Shown in pieces: positions 63,529-64,000 of a stretch of 64,000 bases of DNA (the stretch's first letter is position 1; every line of letters begins with the position of its first letter). The DNA lies in NCBI GenBank assembly GCA_002633005.1, contig NMRA01000441.1:62001-126000 (forward strand), written 5' to 3'. A model generated the notes under the pieces. The model was not told where the DNA came from and did not search any database. It saw nothing but the letters and a program-made list of their open reading frames with translations. This DNA comes from Phoronis australis (lineage: Eukaryota; Animalia; Phoronida). A program made the translations under genes and the position numbers.

Positions 63529-63930
63529 GGACCCGGTCTCCAATCTTTTTACTCGAAATGGAACTCGAAATTGGGTTTGGCATTTTCTATTCTACTTTTG
63601 GGCGAACCCAAGATAAGTGTCTATTATTCTATGCTCGAGTACACAATAACTTACGTAGAAAATTTATTGACCTTAGTTCACAGTTTGTAAACCCAATATT
63701 AAAGCAATAAATTCGAGTTTGAACTCGAAATTTCGAGTTTTTACTCGAGTTTGTAGCACGAATATAAGGGTATTCAAGGGCAAACTTGAACTAGAAACTC
63801 CTATGCATAAACTATAATGTATTCGAGCACAGTCTGACAACCAATTATCTTAAGTTCGCACAAAAGGAACAGAGAAATTGCCAAAAATAGTTTCGAGTTC
63901 GTTTCGAGTACAAAGATTAGAGACCGGGCC
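63529..63930. mobile_element. MITE (Harbinger-like) rich in CTCGA(A/G) subrepeats
   Basis: TIR ggacccggtctccaatctttttactcgaaa / tttcgagtacaaagattagagaccgggcc. Confidence 0.8.
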
Positions 63931-64000
63931 AAGGGCTCGAGTTCTATGCTAAAAACCTGGCAGAAAACATTTTACTCACTACCCAACAGAGGTCGCACCA

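Overview
Invertebrate-type animal nuclear DNA with GT-AG introns and many transposon remnants, so most of the bacterial-style ORF track is spurious or partial exons. Three spliced genes were reconstructed by hand. (1) The 3' half of an SLC26A11-like sulfate/anion transporter (+, 1-7777). (2) A complete 198-aa isochorismatase-domain protein of the ISOC1/2 family (-, 10545-18219). (3) A 16-18-exon PLP-dependent class V aminotransferase / cysteine-desulfurase-like gene (-, 26679-45734) with an unusual, possibly myristoylated N-terminal extension. The rest is nested mobile DNA: HERO-like, L1/Tx1 and RNase H-bearing LINE fragments, a BEL/Pao remnant, a THAP-bearing Kolobok-like element, hAT/Harbinger-like MITEs and Helentron-like (HINE) elements. 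The most striking non-coding signal is three related HINE-like elements in introns of the desulfurase-like gene. Their internal ~150-bp tandem repeat, arranged as a ~450-bp trimer, carries a same-orientation CTCF-consensus-like motif in nearly every monomer. All calls come from reading the sequence; no searches were run.
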